DNA of 63,829 bases from Schmidtea polychroa (GCA_044892525.1 CM097885.1:48050172-48114000), one strand, 5' to 3'; positions 36,531 through 50,505 are shown, counted from the stretch's first letter. A program made the numbers and translations. Notes: generated by a model from the sequence alone, not told the origin.

Positions 36531-39500
36531 TACAATGAGATCTCGATCCGTAACTAATAATTCTGTCACTTCACAGATAAAGGCAACATAACTCAGATAA
36601 TCATTTAATTTTTTGAAAATCTCTTTTCGTCGTTATTAACATTATCTTTTAAAGCTATAGATTGAAATAATTTTACGGGTGATAAGTTATCTTCATGCAT
36701 AAATTCAGCCATTTTTGAATCATGTTCATCTTCTATGTACAAAAGATTAACTGTTTGTAAAATAGCTAGGTTCATTTGGCAAAGATCAACTATTTCTTTT
36801 AATAATTCTATTTGTTCTTTATCGAATAATAATAAAACTTTAATATCACGGAGATGTATATATATGATATATATTATATATAATATATTCCAACAATTAA
36901 ACTAGAATTTAAACACCAAAAAACTTCTTCTAAAATTAAAATACACTTTTGAAATACAAAATATGCAATTGATTTTTATCTCAATTCCGGCCAACACTGC
37001 CAGACAACTTGCACACCAAAATTGCAGCATTAAAAAATTCACACACATGCNNNNNNNNNNNNNNNNNNNNNNNNNNNNNNNNNNNNNNNNNNNNNNNNNN
37101 NNNNNNNNNNNNNNNNNNNNNNNNNNNNNNNNNNNNNNNNNNNNNNNNNNNNNNNNNNNNNNNNNNNNNNNNNNNNNNNNNNNNNNNNNNNNNNNNNNNN
37201 NNNNNNNNNNNNNNNNNNNNNNNNNNNNNNNNNNNNNNNNNNNNNNNNNNNNNNNNNNNNNNNNNNNNNNNNNNNNNNNNNNNNNNNNNNNNNNNNNNNN
37301 NNNNNNNNNNNNNNNNNNNNNNNNNATAATAAAAACTATAATAATAATAATTAAATAATTCTTCTTATTTGTTAATTTGTGAAACGTTTTGATTTCTTTT
37401 CATTTTATTGTATGGCTTTCTGAATATCTGTCGTTCAATCAAAGGCGTAACCATAGGTTAGTGAACGACTACCTGGACTCCCAGACATTAGGGGCCCCAG
37501 AGGCGTTTGGTTGCAGAATCCCATACTTTTTGTAAATTAATATGAATAGAATGAATATTAAAAATTTAAGTTAAAAGTCTTCATTCTAAACTGAACTAAA
37601 ATATAAATTTTTTATAGTAATTAAATTTTATAAAAATGTAACATTTTGTAGTTTTTAATGCAATATTTATGCAATATTTATGGTAAAATAATAATTGTGA
37701 AATTGGTTTTATGAGTAAATTGAATTTTATGAGTTATATTGTACAATAATTATAATATGCATTGATATATGATTTTTGTATTTACTTCTCTATTAGCTGC
37801 TGCCATTCATAGTTTTTGTTTCTGTGTTAGTTTGATCACTCTTTATGTATGTTTATATGATGATGTAAATTTTTAATATTTTAACGCGTCAGTTTATTTA
37901 GTAAAATCATTTTAATGAAAACTACACATAATTGTTCATCAATGTTTTGTAGAAACTAAAATTATTATTTTATTTCTCAATATGGAAAAACTAAATTATG
38001 ACGTCAAAGCTCAAAAGAGGCAAGTGCAGAAAAATGAATGTATGCAAAATTACCTAAATAGATGCATGTTTAGCAACGACCAATACATAAATGAAAGGAT
38101 ATGTTGAAAAAAAATGTCATTAATAATTAATCAAAACAAAATTTCTATTTAGGAAATTAAATGAAAACAGTAATTTTTACTGATAATATGAAAAGTTAAG
38201 TAATTTCTCTAAATGACTCGTTTAATAAACCACCGGTTCCGTATTCAAAGGATATTTCACAAGAGAATAGAAGTTAAAGCTGAAAATATTTACAACTTTG
38301 ACTACATAGGGACTAGCACCTTGGACTTAGGTATGGTATTCAAGAATGTTTGATAAAGATTATTCCAAAAATTTTCGGTTATTTTTCACAAATATCAGTC
38401 AATGAAGATTCTGATTTCGTGATTGAAAAAAAAACAAAAATATAAATTTTTAAAATATAATTAATTAATATTAAAAAGCTTGAAGACTATGAATCAGTAA
38501 AGACTATGAACCGGTAAAATATATCGATGTTTTTTAATATATTTACTGATTCATAGTTTTCAAGCTTTTTAATAATAAATACAATGGAACAGAAATCAGT
38601 GATGAAATTTGAGAAAAAAAGTTCTTATAATAATTAATTAAAAAAATACAAATGCAAATCAATTAGAAATACGAAAATAAAATATCAAAAATTAAGTGCA
38701 AAGATTAATTAAAAGAATTTGAAAAATTTGAATATTAATATTTTTTCAAAGGAAAAAAATATGAGACGGGTAGCGAATAGAATAATTATAAATCGGTCGC
38801 GGATCCCTAAATTAATTAATTAATTTAAAATTTGCTGACATTATAAATAATTCCTCTAGAAAAACAAAAATGACCGTATTTGGCAGGTGCAATGGTGGCC
38901 TGTCAGATTAGGGCTTAGTGGCGGTAATTAATTATTATTTTTTTTATCATTTATATATACTGAACTGGGAAATGATAAATGTTGCCAGTTAGTATAAAAA
39001 GAAAACGAGCAAATTATGAAACGAAAATCAGAGAATGGCACATTATATTACGACAATAAATTGCAATTGTTAGTTTGCCAGATAAACAAAATTTCTTGTT
39101 TGAAATTTAAAAAGAAGAAATATTTTTTTTTGCTTTATCCAAAGCATTAGCTGTTAAGGAGTAAAACTTTCGAAAAGTTGACCACCGGTAAACTTATTCA
39201 AATTTTAAGTTTTTGATGATGGTATGTTGAAATTTTTTAAAATTAAATAAAGTCATTTATATTTTGGGTTGTGTTTTGATCGAAGGAACATGAGGAAACA
39301 GAATAAAATTTAGTCATACCAATATTATTTTTACAACAAACAATATTCACAAGCAAAAAATTATACAAAAAAATCTGAAGAAAGATATATGAAAAAGAAA
39401 GTACTAAAGTATACTTGCAAAAAATGAGTGATTTTTTAAAAATATTTTTGTATTTTTATATTGTACGTAATATATTATTAGTAATATATTATTGTTATCA

Positions 39501-42088
39501 TATATAAAAATCCTCTAGAAACGTTTTGGGGTCTGGGCTTTTAAATTCCATTTACTCTGTTGTATATAATCATTTATATTATTTGAATAAACTTATTATC
39601 ATATTGATTTTAAACTATTAATTCATTTTTAATAATTCTATAACTTTTGGGGAAAATAATTCTGTCATGTTTCAATTAGGAAAAGAAACATTGTTACATT
39701 AGTGAGGATTGTTTTTCTATTTTTAAAATGGAAAATATTAAATTTTTAAAAATCATTTGAAAAGTTTTGGATGTATTTTATCACAGCTTGATTATATTAG
39801 CACAAAGTTATTTTATTAATTATTATATTACATTAAAGAATATATTATCGAGATTATTTTCCTCTGGGGAACAGTACATTATTTAATATTAACAGCACAT
39901 ATATTTAAAATTTTTTATTATCGTCAATTTTAAAATTTTAAATTATTTACTAAAACCATTATAACTTAAATTTTGTAATTTTTCATATTTTATTGACTCT
40001 AAAACGTATCATTATAATATATCGCCTAAATTACTTTTTTAAACTTGAACACTTTTGCGCCTTTATTTTAAACTGATAACTAAAATTAAAAATAAAATTA
40101 TTTATTCATTATTAATAATATCAAATATTTTTAATATTACAAGAACTTTTTTTCAATTATTACCACTGATTTCTTTTCAATTGACATTGTATTTATTAAA
40201 ATGCTTGACTATGAATCAATAAATATATCAAAAAAATACATCGATATCTCTCTTTTCTGATTCATGGTCAAGCTTCTTAATAAATAATATATTTTTAAAT
40301 TTAATAACTATAATAACCTTTTTTTAAAAGAAATTTGATATTATAATTTGAAATTTAAATAATTTCTTTTAATAATAAATAATGTAACTTTTAATCCATA
40401 AAATTACGCAGAGAAATTTATTATATCATAATCTATTTTAATTATATTTGTTTTAATGATCTACTGATTTTTTTATTTATTTAAATATAATATATACATG
40501 AAATGTATACATATAACATAAATCGATTAATAAAATCAATAAAATGTTCATTACTTAATATAATCATAATAAATTTTGAAATATTATTTTCGAAATGTTA
40601 CGATCATTTACACAAATTAACAAAATTATATGGTTAAAGTAAACTGTTAACTAAATGGATTGGAATTGACCTCAAAAAGTAATTATCAAATATAAATATT
40701 TTCTTCAGCGATAGATATTAATAAAGTGATATCTATCCATAATCCAACAAGCATAAAATATAAATATATAGTTTTAATATTAGAATAAATTTACACTTTT
40801 TTTCTTTATCCGAAATTAAAAACATACTATTCCTATAAAAGTTTTCAATACTAAATTTTTAAAATTTTTTTCTGGAAGTTGTGCCAAAATTTTGTGTTGA
40901 AAAACTAACAATATTGATCTGCAATGAAAATAAACTTTGAAAATAAATGAAGATAAAAACAACTGAAAAAATTATTAATATTTTCGAAAAAATGTTTTTT
41001 TTAAATTTAATCGGTTTAATAAAATTAAGGATTATGAAAAACCTGAAATAAAGTATTAAAATAACCTAAGTGTTCCCAGAATTATTGAATTGCTAACAAT
41101 ATCAAAAATAAAAAATTAATAAAGTTGAAAGTATTTTTGAAAGATTTGGTATAGTTGTCAAAATAAGTCAACAGTCAAGACTAGATAAACAACGGCCTAA
41201 TCACAACAAACTGAATTTTAACTATGAAATTCAATTTTAAAATATTAAAAATAAATTGAAATAAGTTATCTTTTAATAGTCGCTTATCAGATTATTAATT
41301 AATTTAGTTTTAATTACTATAAGACATTTATTTTTGTTCGAATTTTATCCTATTAAAAAATATTCTATTGTAATCGCTATTCATATTTTTTAATTTTATT
41401 TTAATTTATCATAAAAAAAATTTGATGAAAATTCTTTTCCCTAATTTTAATTGATTTATATTTTCTACAGTAATTTCACAAAATAGATTATAGATTTCTA
41501 TATAAATAAATTTTATAAATTTAATAAAAATCAAAACATTGAAAAATTAAACCAAAATTTCCAAAAAAAGTATATAAATAATAAGATTTAAAAATCATCT
41601 GAAACAAAAATCCCGCCGCGTNNNNNNNNNNNNNNNNNNNNNNNNNNNNNNNNNNNNNNNNNNNNNNNNNNNNNNNNNNNNNNNNNNNNNNNNNNNNNNN
41701 NNNNNNNNNNNNNNNNNNNNNNNNNNNNNNNNNNNNNNNNNNNNNNNNNNNNNNNNNNNNNNNNNNNNNNNTATTAATATTCGTATCATCGTATAAATTA
41801 TTATTAAAATTGTTATTATATGAAATAAAAACTAATTTTTTTTAATTTATCTCAGAGAAAAATATGGAATTTAGAGTTGAGTACAAAAAATTCAAAACAA
41901 TTTTTCAAATTACTCTGACTGCGATCAAATGGGGACCCAAATAGATAAATGCCGCCAGCATATTAAAATATTTGCTCAGTCTTAATTTAAAATATCATCT
42001 CTTAATTTTTGGTATTGAATAAAAATCTTTGAATATATTGGAAAATATGATGTATTCCGACAGAAATTTACAAATTTACAAATGTTTT

Positions 42089-42136
<48 letters not shown>

Positions 42137-42479
42137 TTTAAAAAGGTAGTGGTAAAATTTCGTGAATATCAAAAAACATCGACATCTTTACTGATTCATA
42201 GTCAAGCTTTCTAATAAATACAATGTCATTTGAAAAGAAATCAGTGGTGAAAATTGAAAAAAGCTCTTATAATATGTAATTCATTAAATCTGTGTTTCTT
42301 TGTGTGTGGGGAAATATTTTTCGTTTCATCTATTTAGAAGTTTATTTACGTTGTGTCTTCAAAAGGTTTCCGGATTAGGAGCTAAAGGAAGTCAACAGGA
42401 GTGATATGTTTTAACATAAGAACAACAAAAGTATGCAGGCTTTATTTTTCAATATAAAACCCATCGTGGTTGGCACACT

Positions 42480-43130
42480 TTTTCCAGTGTACGTGAGTTC
42501 CAAAATGATAGTTTTGAAGAAAATAGGGTGATCTAAGAGAACAAATCCACTTTTCTTCATCATTGCCATTATTTCCGCTTTTTGGTGAATTGGGTTGTTG
42601 TTTTTGAGAAACCGTAGATGGAGACTGCATAGCTTCCGACGATTACGTCTGCATGTGTCCATGAGGTTGTTGTAGTATGTGGTATTAATTCGTTGACCTA
42701 TCTCAGTGAAATCCGTACAGATTATGCCACTGATTTCAAAGAATTGTCAACCTCAATGATTTCTGATGACATGTTTCAGATATCATTTTTCTGGAACTCG
42801 GTTTTCCAATGAATTTACATTCGCTGTACTCACAATAATGATATAGTAATCATAGTAATGATATTTCTAAGGAATTGGTCACCGTCAAAATGAGAAGTCT
42901 TACCTGACTGCATTCTCTCTGGTTTTCGCACTTTTCAAAAGAAATAAAAAGTGGACCAATTTGGATGCAAATTTCCTTACGCACCTTCTGTACTCACATT
43001 CAACCACCATGAAATATCCAAAATAGTGATTTGGCGTTCTTGCTTCACAATTTGAAAACATTCCTCTATTTTTTAATCAGAAATTTCACAAGGACGATCA
43101 ACATTCTCATCATCAAACACTAACTGTTAA
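42480..43130 (-). mobile_element. Mariner transposase remnant
   Basis: The minus strand reads FDDENVDRP...QERQITI (D..RSGRP / DRRIT) and NNNPIHQK...GFVLLDHP (HDNAPAH...LL.HP). Confidence 0.7.
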
Positions 43131-43829
43131 CCATGTTTGAACTGGCTAATCCAATCGTATATTGTGGTTCTAGAAAGATATATATTGTTATAAATTGTCT
43201 GCAACTGAATCCATATATTTACTTACTGTTATCACTACGCAAAACAAAGAATTTAATCATTTTCGATACTTGACAGGATGTTGCATGATTTTGCATATAA
43301 ATTGACAATGTTGTCTCCCACACTGCTATGCAGGTAAGTATTGAAATAAACTATATTTTTGTTCTCATAAATAATATATTATGATTTCACCAGAATATTG
43401 TTAAAGTACTTTTATTTTGGAATGGGGAAATGTGCAGAAAGAGTAGAAAGATTGAGAGTGTATCAAATGAATAATTTACATTACAAATACACATCAAAAT
43501 AACTAAATTAAGATCAATTAAAACAACATTGTAATAAATGTTCTAAATAGCGGCCATAAAATGAATAGTACAAATGGCTGTAGTAGAAATAATGAAAATT
43601 GGAATTCCGCATGTTGATATTTTAAACAACTATCTGCCTATGCATTCGATGGACGAAAATCTGTAAATAAACTGATCATAATTTCACAGAAGTCATCAAT
43701 GAACCAGATCAACAAATATAAGTTCTTGGCAATCTTTATTAGACATAAATTTAACAAATTCGAGCTAATCAACTGTTGAAAATTGGCTTGTTATTTATCA
43801 TTTATTTTAAATTTTCATATATAAATATC

Positions 43830-44194
43830 TAGTGGCGGAACTTCAAAATTTGGGCCCCCGCGCAATGTAAAATAATTCCACAGTAATTTGTTTTTAACAA
43901 AAACAAGTTAGATATTTATTTCATATATCATAAAAATAATACAAAAATGAAAGTAAAACTTAATGGACCTTAAAAATTAAAATCTTTCCTCCTTGCCTTC
44001 ATATTGGCAAAAAAATTTTCGGTTAAAGGTTAATACATAGTTATTCACAGCAGCCGCTATTCAATGATAGTTTTATGTTTGTAGGCAAATATAACTGCGG
44101 AAAAAAAGTTTCAGAAAATGATTGTAAATATTTTTTTAGTAATAATTTTGGGCCCCCGCAACGCAGGGTCCTGCGTCCACTAGTTACGCCACTG
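43830..44194. mobile_element. hAT MITE
   Basis: TIR TAGTGGCGGAACT / AGTTACGCCACTG, subterminal TTTGGGCCCCCGC twice, degenerate 8-bp TSD TAAATATC / TACCTATC. Confidence 0.7.
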
Positions 44195-44484
44195 TACCTA
44201 TCCCTCTAAATTATTTTACACTGTAACAATTAAATAATAAAAATTATTATTCCTATTAAATTCAATTTTTTGCTTATTTAAAAAATATTCAAGTAAATAC
44301 TTCAATAAATATATCAATAAAAAAATTGGAATTAGTTGGACAATGAAGAAAGAAGACATATGAAATCATATAATTGTTTAATAAATTAGTGTTATCCTAT
44401 GTCAGTGTCAAACGTTTGGATGAAATCGGAAATATATGGACCATGCATAAGAAAATCATACTCCGAAAGAATTACATATATAAA

Positions 44485-44517
44485 TCACTTGAAAAAGGCT
44501 GTGCCGAAAATTCGTGA
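44485..44517 (+). ncRNA. Candidate minimal type I hammerhead ribozyme, U3-A8 variant (family B, best-preserved copy)
   Basis: ucac-UUGAAAA-A-[GGC ugu GCC]-GAA-AAUU-C^-guga, with a 4-bp Watson-Crick stem I. Confidence 0.55.
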
Positions 44518-45983
44518 ATATCAAAAATACATTGATATATTTACTGATTATTAGTCAAGCTTTTTAATAAATACAATGTCAATTGAAAAGAAATCAGTGG
44601 TGAAAATTAAAAAAGTTGTATTTATTAAAAATTTGACTAAAAATTTGACTATGAATAAGTAAAGATATAGATCAAAGAAGAAAAAACCATCGATATATTT
44701 ATTGATTTATAGTCAATTTTTTTCATAAATATAATGCCATTTGAAAAGAAATCAGAGATGNNNNNNNNNNNNNNNNNNNNNNNNNNNNNNNNNNNNNNNN
44801 NNNNNNNNNNNNNNNNNNNNNNNNNNNNNNNNNNNNNNNNNNNNNNNNNNNNNNNNNNNNNNNNNNNNNNNNNNNNNNNNNNNNNNNNNNNNNNNNNNNN
44901 NNNNNNNNNNNNNNNNNNNNNNNNNNNNNGTATCTAGAAGAAACTTTAATATCGAGGTGTTTCGTTTTTTCAAGAGACTCTTAAATTCTAGTGAATAACG
45001 TTTTATTGGGGTTTTAAAATAAATAATTCTATTATAGGCTACAAGACCTTTAATAGATCAAAGAAGAAGTATTAAAATTATCGGACCACTAGAAAAGAAA
45101 AGTTTGGGAAACACTGTTCAAGAGGATTGCATCTCATATATATAAAAAGGTTTATTTCCATTATTGCCAACGAAAAATTAGTTCAATTTCATTGTAACCA
45201 CTCTTTTATGAATTGAAGGTGCATTTATAATGAGAATATTTACAGTCCATCTCGTTAATTATGAAAATGTTATATGGACATAAAAAATATATATCACGTC
45301 AGAGATTTACACTGACAAATACTAATACATCGTATCTTTTGGATGGTGATTCTTAAAAAAACCTTAAGAGACAAGTTCCATATGTTTACAATGAATACAG
45401 TTTAATACAATTACATTTAACATAAATTTTATATCTGTTAAAAGTTCTAACCAATTTTAATGTTTTTCTTGTAGAGAAATTGGAATTGAATTTTTCTGAC
45501 TGAAATTGTCTTTTTATCAATGTGTTTGGTGGTAAGCGTTTGGATATACTTATACAGTGTAAACCGCTTATTGTGATGAGTATTGGAGAAAGTCTACTTT
45601 TCATCACACCAAACAAGAATTTTCTTTAATTTTTGGCATTCTAAAACAAGCGAAATAATAAGGATCATTATTTTATAAATTATATTATTATATTATTATA
45701 TTATTATATTATTATGAAAATAAAATGCAGTTCATTTGGATTGATCTTAATATTATTTAGTTATTTTTATTTACATCACTTACTAATTTAGTTTCTATAA
45801 TTGTTCCAAAATCAAATAAGGAAATTTATAGAATTTATATTTACTTTCCTCTAATTACTCTGTCAACAAATTACAATAATGTTAGTTTGTAAACAAAACA
45901 TTTTCTGATTTTTTGAATGATATTTTCAAAGAAAAATTTATATATTATTTGAAATGTTTTTTGATGTTTTTAAATATATTTAG

Positions 45984-46120
45984 GTATAATATAACAGTTC
46001 AAATGCTTTATGAAAATTTTAACAAACTTCAAGAACTCGAAGGTGGATTCAGTTACTTCAAAGATAATCATCTGACGAATCTTACTTTCTTTCACAATCT
46101 TGTTAGATTTAGGGCAGCAA
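45984..46120 (+). CDS. EGFR: EGFR-like exon, L-domain III
   Basis: tttag|...|gtaagt. YNITVQMLYENFNKLQELEGGFSYFKDNHLTNLTFFHNLVRFRAA (L..F.NL..IRG pattern). Confidence 0.9.
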
Positions 46121-46408
46121 GTAAGTTTAAATTAAAATTTTATAAGGTGATTATGTTTATTAATCAACGTTTAATATTAAAATATTCAATATAAACATTT
46201 TTTTAGTTACCATAAATAGCATATATATGAAATAGAAAGTAAATGCAAATAATTATTTACAATATCAGCAAACATTACTATAACATCTGTGACAACGTTT
46301 TACATACTCTTATTGGAAAAATGATTTACTAATCCAAAATTAGATCAGTGTAATAGATGGTCAGAATATTGAAAATAAACAACTCACAAAACTTATTAGA
46401 CCCGTCAC

Positions 46409-47270
46409 CAGCGATGGTTTGGAGCCGGCTCGGTCAGGTTCGTGCGAACCGTTATTTCAAAATAATAATATGCCTAAAATTGTCCGTTTCTACAAATTTT
46501 TATATAAATTGCATAACAGTTTACAGTTTAGCATTTCGGGAAAAATATAGCGAAATTCAGCTCTAAGCAAAAAAGTGAAACTCAAAACAACAAGTCACAG
46601 GTTATATGTCGCACTAATTGGAATTTTGTTGATTACAAGACTTTCTCATCTTTATTATAGAAAATCTTTGTTTATTACTGACAGGAAACCATTCCGCTTC
46701 GTCCAACGTGTGCCTTTTCTGTTATTTACTTCCCGTTATTAAAATACAAATTAAAATCGCTAAGAAAAAATTGGTTGCTACGCTTCATTTCCTGAAATTA
46801 CGGTTTTATTAGTATAATAATAAAACAATAATTTCAGTAAATGAAGCGTAGCAACTAACTTTTTCTTATCGATTTTAATTTTAAAATCAAGCAAGCCTAA
46901 ACATCTACCAATGATACTAATACTAATGACTCCATGCAATCTGAAACTACAACAGGAAAGTGTGAAGAAACTACAAGCAAGCTTGTTGAAAGTCCTCGTT
47001 TATTAGAATCAGTCTCAGATGCCAGCGTGTTAGAGGAGAAAAGTATTTGTGAATCGACATGCCAAATTGTTGGAAAACCGAGCAACTTGAATATTTTAGT
47101 CAACTTTATCCTTGGTTAAAAATATCAAATGGTTTGTTAGGATGTAATGTTTGTTCTAAATTTAGTTCGATTTGTACTAACAAAGAGATTGGTTATCTTC
47201 TTGCATCACAGTGGGTACAAACTCAGATCAAGGTTGTTGGTGAAGAAAAACATGTTCAACAAGCTTAAAC
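46409..47270 (+). mobile_element. hAT remnant (ZNF862-like N-terminus)
   Basis: GC-rich end motif CAGCGATGGTTTGGAGCCGGCTCGG...GGTTCGTGCGAACC. Translation YFSQLYPWLKISNGLLGCNVCSK (W..Y.WL...G.LGC..C zinc-finger pattern). Confidence 0.5.
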
Positions 47271-47532
47271 AAAGCGTACCTAGAAAATACTCATTAATCG
47301 AAGAGGAATTGTGGAAATTAGCGTAGTCGATTTTTTTTGCCTAGGTATCGACACAAAAGGCCCAGAAATTAGATCTGGCCTTGTAAATGGTAGTGCAACT
47401 GGCGAAGTTATACAATTAAAATAGTCATTGTTAATAAAAATTCGGAATTATGTAATAGTAGTCTGAACAATTATCATAAAATAGATATGTTAACTACTAA
47501 AGTACGTCTTTATTAGTATAAAGTGTTGATTT

Positions 47533-47735
47533 CTTGGTAGCAGCATTAATTAAATTTTAAACAGTTAAATGAAAATTTAAACCTTTTGCTTTTAAATATA
47601 TTATATTATATTATTTTATTATATTATTTTATATTATATTATATTATTTTATTATATTATTTTATATTATTTTAAATATATTATTTGTATTAAATATATT
47701 ATTCGCTGCAAAAGGCTTAAATTACCATATAATTG
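47533..47735. repeat. Diverged family A foldback with an (ATATT)n centre
   Basis: TTGGTAGCAGCATT...CCTTTTGC on the left and GCTGCAAAAGGCTTAAATT on the right. Confidence 0.65.
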
Positions 47736-47992
47736 TTTACGTCGTTATTACTTTGTTCAATTTTCTTCTATTTTTTGATAAAGCTGACAATATTTCTTCA
47801 GCTTAAGCCTCTCAAATTGTTTACTTTAACACTCATTTACAATTCTTCAAATAATCTAAATTTTTTACATTTCTAAATTTCATTTTATTTACATTTTAAT
47901 AATTTTCAAGTTTCTCTCTTTGAGTATGAATTTGATAAACCATAATACTACATAAAACAGCCAAATTCCTTTTATTCTTTATTTTTATTCAG

Positions 47993-48202
47993 ACTTACAT
48001 TCGGCAATGCTTGATTTACCCAATTATAACAAGTTTGCTATAAGCAGCACGGAACTTGAATTTTTGGGTTTGAAATCACTTAAGGAAATTAATGGACGAT
48101 TTCAATTCCACAACAATCCTAAACTTTGTTACATGAATTTTCCAAAAAATGAATTATTTAAAGATATAAAGAATTTTGGGTATAAACCATCAAATTGTAC
48201 AG
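47993..48202 (+). CDS. EGFR: EGFR-like exon, end of L-domain III
   Basis: ttcag|...|gtatga. ...LEFLGLKSLKEINGRFQFHNNPKLCY... matches the EGFR pattern LGLRSLKEI.G...N..LCY. Confidence 0.93.
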
Positions 48203-48253
48203 GTATGAAAAAATTTAATTTCTTCAGATTTATTTGAATATTCTTCGCATTAG

Positions 48254-48504
48254 ATAAAGTATGTCATAAAGAATGTTCTGAAAAGGGATGTTGGGGACCT
48301 GGAAATAAACTTTGTTATAACTGTAGGAATTATGAAGCAGCTGACTCATGTGTGTCGGATTGTCGTCAAAAGAAAGGATTTTATTTCCCCAAAAACTCGA
48401 CAATTTTAAGCAATCAGACATGCCTCAGATGTCATCCTGAATGTTTGAACACGTGCTTAGGTCCTAATCCAAATCAGTGCATTAAAGGGTGTAAAAATAA
48501 AAGA
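48254..48504 (+). CDS. EGFR: EGFR-like exon, domain IV
   Basis: attag|...|gtaatt. DKVCHKECSEKGCWGPGNKLCYNCRNY...CLRCHPECLNTCLGPNPNQC. Confidence 0.93.
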
Positions 48505-48586
48505 GTAATTGATTTTACTTTTGTTAAATTTTTAAAATTGTTTTTCAATTTAATTAAAATTATATTTATTTATTTATATATATCAG

Positions 48587-48761
48587 GAAAATGGAACCTG
48601 TGTTGCATCATGTTCCAAGAATTTTTATAATCCATTAAATAATACTAAGGCTTGTTTAGCCTGTCATCCAAATTGTACAGAATATAATTCCACTGTTTGT
48701 ACTGGTCCATCGTCGGTACCGGGCTTCGGTGGCTGTAACAAATGCGAAAGGATTTTATTAA
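48587..48761 (+). CDS. EGFR: EGFR-like exon, extended Cys-rich region
   Basis: atcag|...|gtaaat. ENGTCVASCSKNFY...CLACHPNC...CTGPSSVPGFGGCNKCERILL. Confidence 0.92.
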
Positions 48762-48817
48762 GTAAATCTAAACTTTTTTCAAAAATCAAGTTTCATTTCA
48801 TTTGTAAATTTTAATAG

Positions 48818-49045
48818 ACAGGAAAGGTGATATCGTTAGTTGTGTAAAGAGGTGTCATGAGGGGACATATGCGTTTCCAATTGATCGACCAAATATTTCA
48901 CGTTATTACCCAGGCATTGGTTTTACTTGCCTTCCTTGTCCAGAATTATGCTCAAAATGTAAAGGAAAAAGTCTTAAAAATGATGAATGCGAAGTTTGCA
49001 ATGGTGTTTGGCACAAAAACACTTGTCGAGCACATTGTCCGAAAG
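48818..49045 (+). CDS. EGFR: EGFR-like exon, extended Cys-rich region
   Basis: aatag|...|gtgatt. NRKGDIVSCVKRCHEGTY...TCLPCPELCSKC...CEVCNGVWHKNTCRAHCPK. Confidence 0.9.
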
Positions 49046-50505
49046 GTGATTACTAATAAAAATTAATGAAATATTAAATTTAATAATAGTAACAAAAACA
49101 ATACATGTATATTAATAATAATAAAGAATATTAATAATAATAATAGTATATAGTAATAATATTAATATATAAACGTAATAAATAATAATAATATAAAATT
49201 AATATCGAAAAATTAATTATGCGATTTAACGTTTCAGTGAGGTTTAATTGCTATTGAAATATTAGCGTTGGCATAATTAAATTTATAATTCACTAGTTTT
49301 AATGAATTTTCAATAAAAAAATAAATAATTTAACCGAAAATTTTTTTCATTATTTGAACTGAAGAAACAATCTATATTTTAATAACATCCAATTACTGCA
49401 AGTATGTATTCGCAGAAAACCAATTTATGCATGTGTGTATTTTCAGACAATCTATTTGCGTATGTGTGTATTCGTCGACAACCTCCATTTGATTTGTGCA
49501 TATGTGTTGTTTGGATGTTTGGATGTTTGTGCAAAGTAAAAAAATCGTGTTGATGATACTGATGCTTACATTTTCAGAGAAATTGCAAAAAGTAAGTTTG
49601 TGAAATCGAATTTTTGTTATCAATATTGCGAACACATGAGTGAATTAACATAAATCAATATCTCCATATCAAATTAATTTAATTAATTCAATCTAGTGAC
49701 CAATTTTAATACCAGCCATTTGCCATTCTATTTTACTGTTATTGATGGAAATTATTTATTTTCAAAATACAAAAAAGTACTACACCAAATTTACTTTTTG
49801 AAAATCCTTTCTTGAAATTGGGTTTTTTTTCAATTAAATTGTTTAATATTTTATTTTCAAAATATAATAATGATTGAAGAAAATAAAATATTTAAAATTT
49901 AAAATCGCAATGATTTAATATATTATCATAATAATTTTAATTTTTCCATATTTCTCATGAAAATGTTTATTAGTAAAAATTTAGTTTTAGGCCATTGGTC
50001 GAAAATAATTTTAATATTGTTATTAGTAGACATAAATCAAATTTTTAATGATAACCACAATTTTTTCCAGTTTTTATCTTGTTGATTTTTTTAAGTTAAT
50101 TATAAGAAATATATTTACCTGTAATTTATTAAATATTACTCACTTAAGAAGATACGACTATTTTATTTATTAATATTTTTCTTAGAAAACTAAACTGTGC
50201 CATAGAAAAATTAACATTAATTTATAAACCAATAAAACATAACCTTTTAAAATTTAATTCTTGTTTAATAGTAAATTTAATCATGTATTTATCAACTTAA
50301 AAATCTTCAAAGAAATATTTTTATGTAATATTGATGTTACGTAATGATAAATGAAATAGCTAATTTATTAATTTTAATTTTTGTTATCTCTGTGTGATAC
50401 ATGATATCTCAGGTATTTTCTGGAGAGAGAAACAAATTAAAATGTAAATAAAAATTAAGAAAAATTTCAATTTCAATATTTTTGAAAATTGTTATTTTAT
50501 CCTAG

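Noticed and set aside
37441-38060. hAT-like left end (CAAAGGCGTAACC...GGGCCCCC)
   Set aside because: No matching right end or TSD was found.
43279-43343. Strong CAG|GTAAGT donor
   Set aside because: The phase is incompatible with the reconstructed CDS and the translation is not receptor-like. It is adjacent to a mariner remnant.
147-44998. ORF-track entries made of X, poly-N, poly-I or poly-Y
   Set aside because: They are artefacts of N-runs and (AAT)n microsatellites.
33650-47992. Two introns of almost equal length (1871 and 1872 bp)
   Set aside because: No sequence similarity between them was seen. Coincidence.
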